From Podarcis bocagei (Eukaryota), in NCBI GenBank assembly GCA_964188305.1, contig OZ076885.1: a stretch of 64,000 bases of DNA. The stretch is one strand, 5' to 3'. Each line of letters begins with the position of its first letter. Positions within the stretch are counted from its first letter, which is position 1. The translations under genes and the position numbers were made by a program. A model generated the notes under the pieces. It was not told the DNA's origin. It made no database searches and saw only the letters and a program-made list of their open reading frames with translations. Positions 34,344 to 47,915 of the stretch are shown here, in pieces.

Positions 34344-35305
34344 CTGCACTCCTCAAGAGATATTCCTTCTTTACCAAGTATAAAATTTTATTGTGAAAGA
34401 CTGTTTTGTGTAGGAACAAAAATGACTGGAACCAGCTTCAGCTTATAGCACTATTCAGTCATTTTCCCCTCATGAGATTACCATCACATGTGGAGAAGAG
34501 AGTGGGCCATGCTCACTGGCCCCACTCCACCATCATGTGCCCTCAAGGCCCCCAGGCATTATGGGAAAGTCTGAAGTGTGCCCCTGTCTCTGGCACTGCT
34601 GTGCAACCAGGTTGGGCACTGACTGAGAGCTCAACAGAGTCCCATGCTGGCCCAAGCCAGCTGTATCACTCCAGCACCCGCCTTGCTGGACTTCCAGGCA
34701 GCCATGTGGTTGGGACATTTGCTTTGGGTAAATTAAAGTGGCAGGTGGCTAACATGGATGGGAGTTGAGCTTGGATCCTGTTCAGAAGTGACACTGCCAT
34801 CTACTCACCACTAAAACAGTCACCTAGGGGTGCACTTAGGAGGGCACTAAGTGGTGGTGTTGCTATTGCTGCCATGGAAGTAGCAGCAGAACAAAAAATA
34901 GATGGCACTGAAAATATGATGTCTGTTAGGATGGTGTGGGCCTATTGATGTCACTGTGTCAAAGGCCCCCTGAAACCTGGTGCTGGCAGTGCCTGTTGTT
35001 ATGTGAGCTGTATTGCCTGTGAAGCACTAAAGAGCTCTGGGCTGCTTTGTTGTTGCTAAACAGAGCAGTAAAAAATTAAAAGAGAGGGTAATGCGCACGC
35101 GCGCGCGCGCGCGCACACACACACACACCCTCTTTGCTGTAGTTTTTAAAAAAGAACCTCAGAACTCTCCAGAACTTGGCAGGCAGCATTCTAAACAGCC
35201 AGCTTGCATTGTAAGGTCTTTCAGGTACCAATAAAAGCCTATTGGAATACCTGTAAAGGACTATCAGAGGACACAAACAAATTAATAATTATAATAACAA
35301 TAATA

Positions 35306-35547
35306 CAGTGGTACCTCAGGTTAAGTACTTAATTCGTTCCGGAAGTCCGTACTTAACCTGACACTGTTCTTAACCTGAAGCACCACTTTTGCAAATGGGG
35401 CCTCCTGCTGCTGCCGCGCCGCCGGAGCACGATTTCTGTTCTCATCCTGAAGCAAAGTTCTTAACCCGAGGTAATATTTCTGGGTTAGCGGAGTCTGTAA
35501 CCTGAAGCCTATGTAACCTGAAGCCTATGTAACCTGAGGTACCACTG
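35306..35547. mobile_element. Tc1/mariner (Tigger-like) MITE, TAACCTGAAG family
   Basis: TIR CAGTGGTACCTCAGGTTA / TAACCTGAGGTACCACTG; TA TSD; same family as 45386-45619 and 60879-61120. Confidence 0.92.
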
Positions 35548-37202
35548 TAATAGGGCAGGTGTGAAGCTACAGAGTTTGAAAAAACAACCCCCAAAAGTAG
35601 AAGCAACAATATGTACTACTCAGCTGCCTCCTAATTATTATTATAAGGGGAAAAAGAGACAAACCCCTGTTTCCCTCCCCCATAAGGAAAATAAATCATG
35701 TTTACTTCGCTCAACCAAAAGCTCCTGGACCTGTTTGTCTGCAATTTGTCAGACATAATCAACTCTGGAGGGGCTCCTATACCTCTTTAGCCAAAAGAGA
35801 AAAAAGTTATATATGTTTTTAGATTTTTCCATTAATAGCCTTGTTTTATACAGGTTCACCCAGAACCCAAAATGCAAACTGAAGTGGAGAGAGCACAGAG
35901 CGACTCAGAAATATATTAGATTTAAAACACACACACACTGTGCAGACACAAGGCAATGCTGGAGTCCATGCCCACCCCTAGTACTTATTTATACCTTGCA
36001 CTGCACATGACCCATCCCCATCAGATGCATTTATCACATTTAATAGGGCCTGGGTGTACATTTTTCCGCATCACATGATGGTCACTCTTGAAATAGTGCA
36101 AAAGAGTATTCAGAAATGTAGCACTGGATTTCATCCAGCAAAACGTCTAGCACTATAATTTTAAGAGAGGTTTTCTAGCAATCTGTACTAGTGGGGATGA
36201 TAATCAAGCAATAATTTTAAGATTAAAAAATAATAATCTGTTTGCACCTGTTATGCACACATCCTTCCAAGTTGCATCTGGGACAGGTTCTACCCTAACC
36301 TCATCCCTGGTCCTCGGAATGAGATAAGAGCTCTGGACTGAATACCCTAATGACTGGACATACCCTTATTTAATTTCAACTGTAAACAGCTGAATTGATA
36401 AATGCCACAGCTAACCACTTTGGCTTTATTTGGACAGAAATCTACCAAAACAGTCACAATGTCGGAATGATGCTATTAACCAGAGTTACCTGGTCTCCTT
36501 GAAGTAACAGAGAAAATCGTCCAGTTTCAACAATATGTGGTTAGACTTCTTGGCATCCTTTACATCCCAGTGGTTTCCATTTTTCTTTGAAACACCTTTC
36601 ATTCATATACCTGGCCATCATGTCTTCTCCCCTTTTCAATATGTGCATTTTATTTTCCCACGCTGCACTTAACCATTTTTGTTTCTTGTTTTTCCAAGTC
36701 TGAGCTACTCCTTATTGTATGCTGCTGCTTGTTAAAGGTTTCCTAGGGCTGAATAGGATCAGAAAGTTCTGGAAGTTATTTTAACAAGCTAGCCCTCTGC
36801 AATATGTGGTTGGCCTCTACCAAGTATCACAAATTATTTGTGTTAGACAAATCTCTTGTCGCTCTAATAATCACATGGGGGTGGGGGGTGGGAGAGAAGA
36901 CTCCAGCATGTGATGCAATCAGAAGCAAAAAGACAACTTTTAAATGAAATCACTTGCTGTATGCCACTAGATGGCAAATTCTAAAGCTGGCACCACAGAT
37001 AATTTAAAGGATTAGCCATTTTACAGCTCTGTTTAAAGTGGAGATATACAGATACATATACACATACCTCAAGTTCCTAACACATTTATTTAAATACTAC
37101 ACCGGGCTATATATGTATTTCAGAGATCCTTTATTCGAAACGCTTTATTAGAGACACAAACTGTGGCAGTGAGGATCTATGCCACGACATTTCAGTTGAA
37201 TA

Positions 37203-37864
37203 TGACACGCAGCGTAAATTAATAATGCAGAGTCTTCTTCAGTAAAACAATGAAAGCTCTACTGAGTTAAAACTTGTTTGCAAATAAGCAGCATAGTGAA
37301 CAGAAGATTTAAACTAGCTTCAGAGCATACACAGAGCACAGGCTTCACTTCTGAGTCAGGTTCCATATACACACACTGACTCCACTGTCACTCATGGCTC
37401 CACAGAGTCTCCAAACCAGGGGCTGGCAAAGTTTTTGTGGCTTGGAGCTGCTCACGGTCCCGCAGAGGCTGCGGTGGGCCGGAGTGTGTGCGCACACACG
37501 CATGAATGTGCAAATGCTATTTCCGGCGCTCCTTCCGGCATGGAGGTGTGCGCAGCCTCCCATTGGCTGCAGGAGAGTCGACCGAGCGTGTGGAGGGGTC
37601 CATGGGCCGGTTAAACGACCCCCATGGGTCACTTGTGGTACATGGACCTTAGGTTGCCAACCCCAACTCCAAGCTATCTCCAAACTGACAGGCTCCAAAC
37701 TGTCTGCCTGCAAGCAGATACAGAGAATGAGTCATCTTCAAGATGAGTCACAGTGATTCAGCATACAGAGTGATTGTGCAGCTTTACAGCATTTCTCAAC
37801 ATTTCTAGACTGCTTTACTGCTTCCTTTACTGCTTCTGCTCTCAAAGACCTTTGTCACATGACA
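37203..37864 (-). mobile_element. Solo LTR, second family (copy B), with nested hAT MITE
   Basis: Minus strand TGTCATGTGACAAAGG...GCTGCGTGTCA; perfect 5-bp TSD GAATA. Confidence 0.88.
37417..37666. mobile_element. hAT MITE nested in solo LTR copy B
   Basis: CAGGGGCTGGCAAA...TTGCCAACCCC ends; TSD CTCCAAAC/CTCCAAGC. Confidence 0.78.
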
Positions 37865-39147
37865 GAATACTCAGTGAATACTTCCCCGTTCTTCCTTAGG
37901 TATGCTTCACACATACATGTACATTCGTTGATTGATGGGCTGGGCGACATTTTTCAGCCTAAAGTCCACTTTCCATCACAAGCCCTCTTCTTGGGGCTGT
38001 ATGACATTAGGGGGTGGTACCTGAGGCAAAAGAGGATAGGGGAATGAATGTGATGCTTACCTTTGTACAGTTGGCTGCATTCTACCCACATGAAAGCCAG
38101 AGATTTCCACACGCCAACCTCAAAGAGGATCAAAGGCAGCAGTAAGCCTGTGAAATAGCTGTATGCAGCAAAACTGAAACCGTCTGGACCACATTTCGTA
38201 CATAGACCATCAAAGCCCTAAAACTAAAATCCAGATCCTAAAGGGGAATTTAGATCTTAGTGACCTCAGTGGGTAGAATCCTGTGTATAGCTAAGGCCCT
38301 TGAAATGGGTGCAGTGTGGACCACTATTGATACAGAAGGATTATTTCCCCCCACTGCAGATTCCAAGGGCCAAGAGAATGAGCCACAGAATCCATTGAGC
38401 TCTCATCAAACAGGTTCCAGATGGAACACCTGTCTTCCTGCACATGGAAAGACAAAAATGTTCCTGATTCTGTAGCATGTTCAGAACACTTAATCACAGG
38501 AGTGGATGTAGCATTTTCACTCAGAAGTAGAAACCCATAGATATCTCAAGCACACACACCCCCACTTAATCATATTGGTGGTTATATGCGTACCCATCCA
38601 GTATCCCCCCTTCTTTCATCCCCTTTATTGTTGGATTTAGTGCAAGATGCTGGAGTGTTTTAATTAAATTAGATTTGTATTGTCATCAGGAAGGCCCTTT
38701 CGAAGTCACACACAGTTTCTTCTAGCCCCATAATATAATCATGCAGGTTTCCCATATGTGGAGCTTCTGTTCACATCTGTGAGAGATGTTTTATGGGATA
38801 GGAGGAAGCCCACAGACACTCTATGCAACAGATTCATTTTGGAAAACAATGTGGAGGATAGAAACCTACAGAGAAATAACTTCCAGAATTTGAAAACAGC
38901 TACTGATACTTTTGAAAACAACAGCAACAAAATCCTGAAGACACAGGAACATTAACTTCACCTGAGTTATAGATCTTTTCTGTCCTTACAACTGATGTGT
39001 GCAGGTAGAGGAGAAGAGCCTGTTGTGGCAATGCCCACTTCCATTCATTGGCCATGTGAATAAGAAAAAGAATAATTCGTGCCACTTCTGGCTTTAGCCC
39101 AAGCCTAGATAGGATACAGAGAGCCTATCTCAGGCCTAGTAAGTGCC

Positions 39148-39320
39148 TAAGGAGCATATGAAGCTGCCTTATACCGAGTCAGAATATTGGTTCGTCTAAC
39201 CTTATCTACACTGACTCACAGAGGTTCTCCAGAATGACAGGCAGGGCACCTTCCTGGCTATACCTGGAGATGCCAGGAATTGAACATGGGACCTGATTGT
39301 CTACCACAGAGCTATGGCAC
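39148..39320 (-). mobile_element. tRNA-derived SINE with CR1-like tail (Squam3-like), degraded
   Basis: GAAGCTGCCTTATACCGAGTCAGA...CCTGGAGATGCCAGGAATTGAAC..GGGACC is the reverse of a tRNA B-box head plus body; a more decayed copy lies at about 58720-58890. Confidence 0.6.
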
Positions 39321-42300
39321 TTCTGCCAAATCTATAGGACCTGGTTTTCACAGGTATCTCACCAAAATGACCCTTTCATTTGTCATCTACTCCACGAAGT
39401 TAATGTAATGTGGAGAAATACTGGAGCTCTGTCTGATGACTTCTTCCCTGCCATCACATCTCCTGCCAGAACCACTCTCATGCTGTCCAGGCATTGAGGT
39501 CATATCTATAGATGGGAAGTCTGCTTCATATGCCTAGTCACTCCTTGTGAACTGGATCCCTCAATTATGCCCAGTGCAGTCTTAAAGGCCAGTTCAATCA
39601 CTACCCTTCTGTCCCAGGAAGCTATGGGAATGGTTGTCCTTTGACTTCTTTCCTGGAAATTTCTTAGCGCTTCACAAAACTACAGTTCCCAAGGGTTTTT
39701 TTTTTTTTTTTGGTGGTAGCCATGACAACTAAACTGGAATAAAAGTGACACCTTCCATCATTTGCATTGCTCCAATAACAAAAAGGGCTTTTAAATAGCG
39801 TGATTCTCCAGGGAACAGTGGGGGTCTCTGGACTGTCCTGTTTATTTCTGATAGGACAACTCCTGCTTTCCCAGGTTTTATTTTATTTTTAAAGTGGAGG
39901 GGAGGAAACCAACTGCAACCATGTGTTGGTTGGAATAAAAACAACAATCAGTCTGTGAAATACATAGGCAATGTTGGTATAACTAAGCACCAGCAGTGAC
40001 GTAGGCATGGGAGAAATGAAGAAAGTCTCTAGAACGATGCTTGCCCTGCAACCTGACTGATGATGTCTCCCTGGACTTGACTAGTAAATAAGGTAGCCTA
40101 GAAGTCAACACAAGACAGTACCCAAAGGATAATGTCCTTTCCTGAGTCTGTCAGCATTTTACTCAGGACATGAACCCATGACAGCCTTTGGGAATGAATC
40201 ACAAACATAATGGGGAAGGTCTGTGGCGATGGCTCCTTGGTATGTAATGAGCTAGTGCCAGGGATCCACAAGGCATCCCATTTCTAAACACACTGGGATC
40301 TTGGGTTGTTTAGAAGAAACCTTTGCGGCTTCCAGAAGTCTGAGACTCAAAACGCCAGTGCGGGTGGCATTGCAGAGCAACTTCTAAATAAGCATTTCTG
40401 TTTAGTTATTTACTTGACCATTAAGGTTAGATTCACAGCTGTCTTCCATCGCTGGCATGTATTTGTTACTTCTTCAGGTCAATAGGAAACAAGGCTAATG
40501 ACTAAACACTAAAAGTTAAAAAGCTTTCAGAGTCATAGCATTATTATTACATACTGTCTGAAGCTTCTCATTAACTTTCCAGTTCAAGACTCCTTTCCCT
40601 ACATGTTACTTTCAGTGTTTCATTTAAGTATTAATAAATATACATGCACGCACATACACACACACACACTCCTGTTATATCCTCTCTCTTTTTGGTCCAT
40701 TTAAAGACATCTCTAGATATTGACAGTTTCTACATTTCATGGGGGGGGGGCATTACTGGATCATTAAACTGCCTATCCATTGAGAAACCCCCAAGTTGCT
40801 TCTCTGCAGCGCAAGCTGGCTTGTTTAAGCTGACTTTATAAAGCTTTTGCAGAATTAAAACAGCCTGCTCAGTGCCAGCATGCCTGCACTTCCTGTGCCT
40901 TCATGTTAAATCCTATAGTACTGGGGATCTTATAAATGATTGAGTTATTTTTAAACCACTGGATGGCTTCGAGTCCCTCTATTTCACGCTGGATTAATTA
41001 TGTAAGAATATTGACTTGTTCATCACTAATGTTACAGCTTTTAAAAACAACATGCTGTTTAAATTCAGGTTTGGCAATTGTTGCCTGAATCCCCTGAAAT
41101 TTATGGCACCACACCCAAAGCATAATAAAATCTTTTAGTGGCCCTTTGTCTTTTCTATTTTTTTCCCCTCCAGGGTGTTTTATGCCAAAAGATGCATGCA
41201 AAAAGTTGTCCAGATGTTATTTGTATCAGAGCAGGGATTTCAGTCCAGCTATCTGTGGTTGCAAATGTTTATTTTTAATGGGTTATTTCACAATCCTTGC
41301 TGTGTGGACCTTAGTGGCCTTGTATGTACGCTTTCAGCATTGCCAGGACAATTTTCCCCCCAGTTATATTATTGCAGTCCAATACAACTGTTATGGGTTG
41401 CTGGGGGGGGCACAAAAAGGAGCACCTGTAGTAACTCTATCCCTCTCTCTTTATATGTATACACAATATCCATCCATCCATCCATCTATCATCTATCTAT
41501 CTATCATCTATCTATGCCAATTGTCACCTGTTGACTTTGCGCAAGTCTGCAGCCAATGAGCTCTAGGTAAGATAAAGGAAGGTATGACCGAAAAGCTAGC
41601 CATGGTCATAGTTTCAGGGATGTACTAAACACAAGGAAGGCAGTAAAAGACTCAGATCCTGTGCAAAGCTTTCCTGTGAAAAACACAGGGTTTGATCCAG
41701 TATATGCTAGAACATTATTTTGCCATTGCTGTTCTTACAAACAAAGGGGTGGGTTTGCTTTACTGCACTTATTTGAAATTCTGATAAAACCTTAACTGTT
41801 TGTGTGGCAGTGAAGCATGCTGATGACTAAAAACACATCATCTGTAACACAACGGGGAATGCAACTTTCATCTCATTAAAATCAATATGAAAACTAAAAG
41901 TTTCAAATATTCAGAAGGAGGATTATGGTTGGCATAAAAATACAAAATGTTAGCCGACAAAGTGGCCTAATCTAGTTGCCCATTGCAAGCCTTGCTTTCC
42001 AGATTGTCCAACCATGGTGAGCACCAGGAGTGCCCCATTTTCACGCTCGCTTCCCCTTGTTCCTCCCATTCCTTTATGAGAGCTAACAATGACACAGAAT
42101 TAACATCAGCTAAAACCTAATTATTAGGCAAACCCAGGGTTTACTTCAATGTTGGAAGCAGATTTGCAAACCTTGTTTGAAGCTAACCATGGTTTTGATC
42201 AGCCATGGTGTACATATAATGTTATATTGTGCTTAGGCCTGAAAGGTGGAAAAGGAAGAGGGAGGTGTAAAAGGGAGGAGCACAAGTCTTGAGGGGCTTC

Positions 42301-42446
42301 CAAACGCCCAACTTCCAGTTAGAAGAAATGGAACATCATGTCAGCACTGGGCATGTTTGGATCAATACAACAGTGTGTGATTAGTTTTAGATGATTGGAA
42401 ATAGGCAATAGTAGGTGGAAATAATCATGGTAATAATTTTATTATT

Positions 42447-43138
42447 TAAAGCTCAACATCAAAAAACTGAAGATCATGGCCACTGGTCCCATCACCTCCT
42501 GACAAATAGAAGGGGAAGAAATGGAGACAGTGAGAGATTTTACTTTCTTGGGCTCCATGATCACTGCAGATGGTGACAGCAGCCACGAAATTAAAAGACA
42601 CCTGCTTCTTGGGAGAAAAGCAATGACAAACCTAGACAGCATCTTAAAAAGCAGAGGCATCACCTTGCCAACAAAGGTCCGTATAGTTAAAGCTATGGTT
42701 TTCCCAGTGGTGATGTATGGAAGTGAGAGCTGGACCATAAAGAAGGCTGATTGCCGAAGAATTAATGCTTTTGAATTGTGGTGCTGGAGGAGACTCTTGA
42801 GAGTTCCATGGACTGCAAAAAGATCAAACCTATCCATTCTTAAGGAAATCAGCCCTGAGTGCTCACTGGAAGAACAGATCCTGAAGCTGAGACTCCAATA
42901 TGGCCACCTCATGGCCACCTCATGAGAAGAGAAGACTTCGTGGAAAAGAACCTGATTTTGGGAAAGATGGAGGGCACAAGGAGAAGGGGACAACAGAGGA
43001 CAAGATGGTTGGATAGTGTTCTCGAAGCTACCAGCATAAGTTTGACCAAACTGCGGGAGGCAGTGGAAGACAGGAGTGCCTGGCGTGCTCTGGTCCATGG
43101 GGTCACGAAGAGTCGGACACAACTAAACAACAACAACA
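42447..43138 (+). mobile_element. Bov-B (RTE) LINE, 5'-truncated, decayed
   Basis: LNIKKLKIMATGPITS*QIEGEEMETVRDFTFLGSMITADGDSSHEIKR...FELWCWRRLLRVPWTAKRSN; 3' end GTCCATGGGGTCACGAAGAGTCGGACACAACT with (CAA)n tail; in-frame stop and an 11-bp duplication ATGGCCACCTC. Confidence 0.95.
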
Positions 43139-43189
43139 TCTGAGTGACTCCCAGCAGAATAGTGAAAACATCAAACATTAAAAACTTCC

Positions 43190-43356
43190 CTAAACAGGCC
43201 TGCCTACAGATGTCTTCTAAAAGTCAGATAGTTGTTTATTTCCTTGACATCTGAAGGGAGGGCACTCTATAGAGAGGGCACCACTATCGAGAAGGCTCTC
43301 TGCCTGGTTCCCTGTAACTTTGCTTCTCGCAGTGAGGGAACGGCCAGAAGACCCTC
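43190..43356 (-). mobile_element. L2-like LINE 3' fragment
   Basis: Reverse of the L2-type C-terminal motif (RAFS..P..W..LP..V) and the following 3' UTR. Confidence 0.6.
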
Positions 43357-44784
43357 AAAGGAGGTATTCATTGCCACTGAAGACACCTGTGCCACAGCTA
43401 TCCTTTGAATCAAACCTTTGAACATTATCCTTCACATTTAGCACACACACTCCCAGCTTTTTTGCTATTACTGGCTCATCAATGGCTAGCTAGTATACAC
43501 CAAATCTGAGGAGGGAGGGATTATTTAATTCATAGCTTGCCTTACGGTTCCAGTCAAACACCCACTATAGCTCACATAACAAGATGAGAATATTCATTAA
43601 ACATAAAGTAATACGAATCATAAAACACAACTGGAATGTTTGCTGCTACATCCAAGGGATGGCAGTAGATAAAGTCAGTTTGCAGTATCCAAATATTTAA
43701 AGTAAGTCTGTCTGCATTGACAAATATGTTTGAAGATATTTTTGTTTGTTTAACAGAGGATGGCAACCACAGGATTTGATGGAATCAGTGTACCTATGCC
43801 ACTTTCATGCCATGCCAACCCATAATATAAAGCTTGTCTTGGTGAATATAATGACACTATATCAATTTTCACCTGACAGATGTTGGGTGGTGTGAGTTAT
43901 AGCTATGTATTAGATGCAATTTTAGGCCACGCTGTTAAAACAAGAAAAAAGAGGTTGATGCTGTTAAACAAAATGAAAGGAGCGGGTGAGGGAAGGCATG
44001 ACATACTTATTTAAGATACCACACTTGTTTGTAAAAACAGCTTGTAGAAGTCCACCATGGTGCATAGGCTTGGAACATCTGGGCAGCAGTTTCATCCCAT
44101 TTCCTGATTTGGTATCTGAAGGATTTGATTCTCAGCTCGAAGTTGGAAGGAAATTGGAAGGCTAGCAATTGGCTCTCAGAAGAAATGGAGCGGGATCACA
44201 GATTAGGACTCCTCCGTGATCTTGAGAGTCAAAGATCTATAGAGCTGGAAGGCAGAGCATCTTATCTAACCCTCAACACCCTGCTCCGTATGCAGCTAAT
44301 CCTTTCTTGGTTGCCGAATGCTTTTTAAAGACTTCCAAGGAAAGCAATTCCATCCTACCATGTCCCTTGGCCATTGTCTCTTGCAGTTAGCAATATTCCC
44401 ACATGTATCTCGCTGCCTCTTCCCTTTCATTTGTGGTGTTTTTCCTCCCACCCTGCACACATTTGAAGATTGTTAAACATCCCCTTCCTACAAGTCTAAA
44501 GATACTGAGTTCCTTTAGAATGACTTCATATGCCTTGTGTTGTAAACTCAAATGCAGCGTAAGTTTTATGGATCTTATTCAAATTATTTTTCCATTTTTA
44601 TTTTTAATTTTGTAACAAACTTCTGCATTTTTTATATAAAAAAAGAATGTTCAGATCTTTTCAATCTGCATGCGCACACCACCCTGTTCCTCCCATTGAA
44701 GTCATTAATAAAAATAATGGACTGAACCAGTGACATAGTCTTGTTTCTGAACTGGGGGTCTCTAGATTCCTCTTCAGTATTGCT

Positions 44785-44861
44785 GCTGTATTGTTTTTAA
44801 CACTTGATTGGAAGCCACCCAGAGTGGCTGGGGAGGCTCAGCCAGATGGGCGGGGTATAAA

Positions 44862-44915
<54 letters not shown>
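44785..44915 (+). mobile_element. L2-like 3' tail with (ATT)n microsatellite
   Basis: GGAAGCCACCCAGAGTGGCTGGGG...GATGGGCGGGGTATAAAT followed by (ATT)n. Confidence 0.65.
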
Positions 44916-44917
<2 letters not shown>

Positions 44918-45385
44918 GGGTGTTTCTTGTCCCAAGGTGCAACATGACTCCTCCCTTCCTCTCAAAAATTGAGGGTTAACTTCTGAAATGAGGTGCCTGT
45001 TCTAGCCAGGTAAGATCCTCATACAACATGGAACCCTCTTACTTCAGGATCCTAAATCACACAGGAAACCTACAGGGAGAGAAGGCTTTATATACTAGAA
45101 GTTATTCCTCAACATGTGAGGAGCCAGGAGAAACCATGTGACCTCAGGGGTGTGGCTCTGTGGTCCCCCTGTCTCTGTCTTGCCTCTTCATACGAGTAAC
45201 ATATAAAAAAAGGCTTAGGCATCTGCTCATAACCACTTCTGAATGTCAGAGGTGTGCCCTAGTTATAAGAGAAGTGATAACAAACACAAATGCTTTCTAG
45301 GTCAATGTTGAGCCCAGGGCCTTTTTTATGTGTGTAAAACACTGTTTTGGGGTTATAATCACATCACAATGAGTCATTCATAATA

Positions 45386-45619
45386 CAGTGGTACCTCGGG
45401 TTAAGAACTTAATTCGTTCCGGAGGTCCGTTCTTAACCTGAAACCATTCTTAACCTGAGGTATCACTTTAGCTAATGGGGCCTCCCGCTGCCGCCTCACC
45501 GCCTCACCGCCACTGCACGATTTCTGTTCTAATCCTGAAGCAAAGTTCTTAACCCAAGGTACTATTTCTGGGTTAGCTGAGGCTGTAACCTGAAGCGTAT
45601 GTAACCCGAGGTACCACTG
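45386..45619. mobile_element. Tc1/mariner (Tigger-like) MITE
   Basis: TIR CAGTGGTACCTCGGGTTA / TAACCCGAGGTACCACTG; TA TSD. Confidence 0.92.
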
Positions 45620-47006
45620 TAAGTCTCTGTATATGGCATCTCAGGTACTGAGGCACTAGCTTAATAATGGATTCTTGCAGCCTTTAGTTCCAAGTTTCAT
45701 ATGGAAAAGGTCCAGTAACCCTCTCTGCCAAATATTGAAAATGCTCTACACATTTTCCTGCCCACAATATAAATAGCCCATATAATCCACTCCATACAGA
45801 TGATGTACCCTGCCAATGGTGAGAGATGGTGGGAGTTGTGGTTCAACAATATCTGGAGGGCACTACACCGGTCTCCTCCTGCCTTAAGGTAAGACAACAA
45901 AAACGTTCAGTAAAATGATTTAAAAATACTTGGGAAAACATGGTATATTACATCCTCAGCATGATCATATTTTATATTTCCAAGGATAGAGGTTTTTTCT
46001 GATCAGCATTAGTTTGATTTTACAATATCTATCACATCCATATTGTTTAATGGGTTAATTTTATTAATTTCCCTGTGACTATAGTCAAGTCAATATATTT
46101 TTGGGTTTACTGGCCTTCCTTGCACTTCCCACACCCACATATATACAGACTGGCATTGCTCCTCTCAAGTTATCCTGGACCTTCATTGTGGTCCCTGAGT
46201 TTTCGGATAGTATTGCAGAGGGTGTGGAATTGTCCTGACCTAATTCTTTCAATATCCTGGGCATAATTCATCTATCCCTGGTGACCTCAATGGGCCAAAT
46301 ATCTTTTGGCCTCCTCCTTTTCCTTTCCAAGCCATCTGTCCAGAAGAATGTCCCTATCATCTATGACAAGAATTTGTGACTTGTTGTTGAGGAGTTTCCA
46401 TGAAGATCAATTCATGTTAGAGGAACTTGCTTTAAAGCCCAGGAAATTAAGATATGACCTCTTTTCCCCTTGTATGTTTCGAGAGAGTGTAGAGAAACTC
46501 TCCTGCAAGGTTTCCAATACAGCTGCTGCATTCTTAAAATGCAAAGGCAAGACTTGGAAAAACTGGTACAAAGATGACTTTTGAAAGAGAGTTCATGGAT
46601 TTTGGTCCAGTAAAGAATAAATGTGTTATATAGATTTATTATTTGGACTTACCTACATTAGTTGAACTGCTGCAAATTAGTAACATTTGTTGCAGGTTAA
46701 CCTCACCTGTACCTTCCCCCATTTTTTGGTTAAATCATCAGGGAACTGGTAAAGTTACCACCAGACCATTATTATTTTTTTAATGCTACCCTAAGAGACT
46801 TAAGACAAAAACCTTACTTGGTACTTCCATTGTGTTTGCCATATAAGGACCAACGTGGCCTCTTCTCTGATCGTATCATCTTTATGTATTCTATCTGGCA
46901 AAAAAAAGTGACCGTATAACCTAGTGACTCTCATCTATCCAACTCTTGGTTGATAAGTGTGCACACATAAACATGCAGCAGGCATCTGACAAGACACACC
47001 TCCGCG

Positions 47007-47306
47007 CAGGGGCGAAGGAAGGGGGGTGCAGTGGGAGTGGACTGCCCTGGGTGTCTTTACTGAGGGATGACATTTGGCAGTTGCAGGCGGCTGGCGCGCT
47101 GAATGTCCGCCATCGGTGGCTCGCTCCGTCCTCATGGGCGGCTCGCTCCACCCCCGGCTGCAGGGCATGCGTGCCGCTCCGTGCACCTGAGCGGCTATCC
47201 TGCACTTGGGAGGGCACCCTCCATGCCCCGCCCCCCCTTGGGAGCGCCCCCTCCACCCTCGGGAGTGTGCCCGCCCTGAGCAGCGCGGGCATCTACTCTG
47301 CCGCTG
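47007..47306. mobile_element. GC-rich hAT-type MITE
   Basis: CAGGGGCG...GCCGCTG ends; 8-bp TSD CCTCCGCG/CCTCCACA (differences consistent with CpG decay); accounts for the local CpG-island-like composition. Confidence 0.7.
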
Positions 47307-47854
47307 CCTCCACATTTCTCCATGTGAGAATAATGTAACTGATCTAATCAGAATTGTCATGGAGAGAACAGTGCAACTCTCCAAGGGCAGTGCAAGGGTG
47401 CGCTGCTGTAGGGTCTGCTCACAGTTTTCACTTTTGCGCTTTCAGTTCCGTTTTCAGACTGTTCCATGTGCTTTCCTTAGCATGAACAGGAGAGGCTCTT
47501 AACTGTCCTTGAAGCAAGCTGGAGCATTCTACCAAAGGATTGGGTCCGTTGAGTTAAGTCACACCCACACCATACATTGAAAGCAGTCTTATACCACTTT
47601 AGCAGTCACACCTTCCTGCAAAGAATCCTGGGAACTGTAGTTTGTATTGCTGTTGAGTCCTCACAAAGCTACAATTCCCAGCACCCTTAACAATGTACCA
47701 TCCCCGAGGTTTCTCTTTTTCGTGACGTAACATGAGCACAGCAAAGCAAGAGGGATAAATTGCTGTGCTCTTTTCACTGAGTGACTATTATCTGAACACA
47801 GATTAACTTTTCAGCAATGGATGGGCTCTGCTGAGCAATATATGGAAAAAAGGC

Positions 47855-47855
<1 letters not shown>

Positions 47856-47913
<58 letters not shown>

Positions 47914-47915
47914 AA
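47856..47915. repeat. (GAAA)n microsatellite
   Basis: Direct reading. Confidence 0.95.

Noticed and set aside
46921-47502. CpG-island-like region with several ORFs (possible promoter or first exon)
   Set aside because: Explained by a GC-rich hAT-type MITE with TIRs and an 8-bp TSD.
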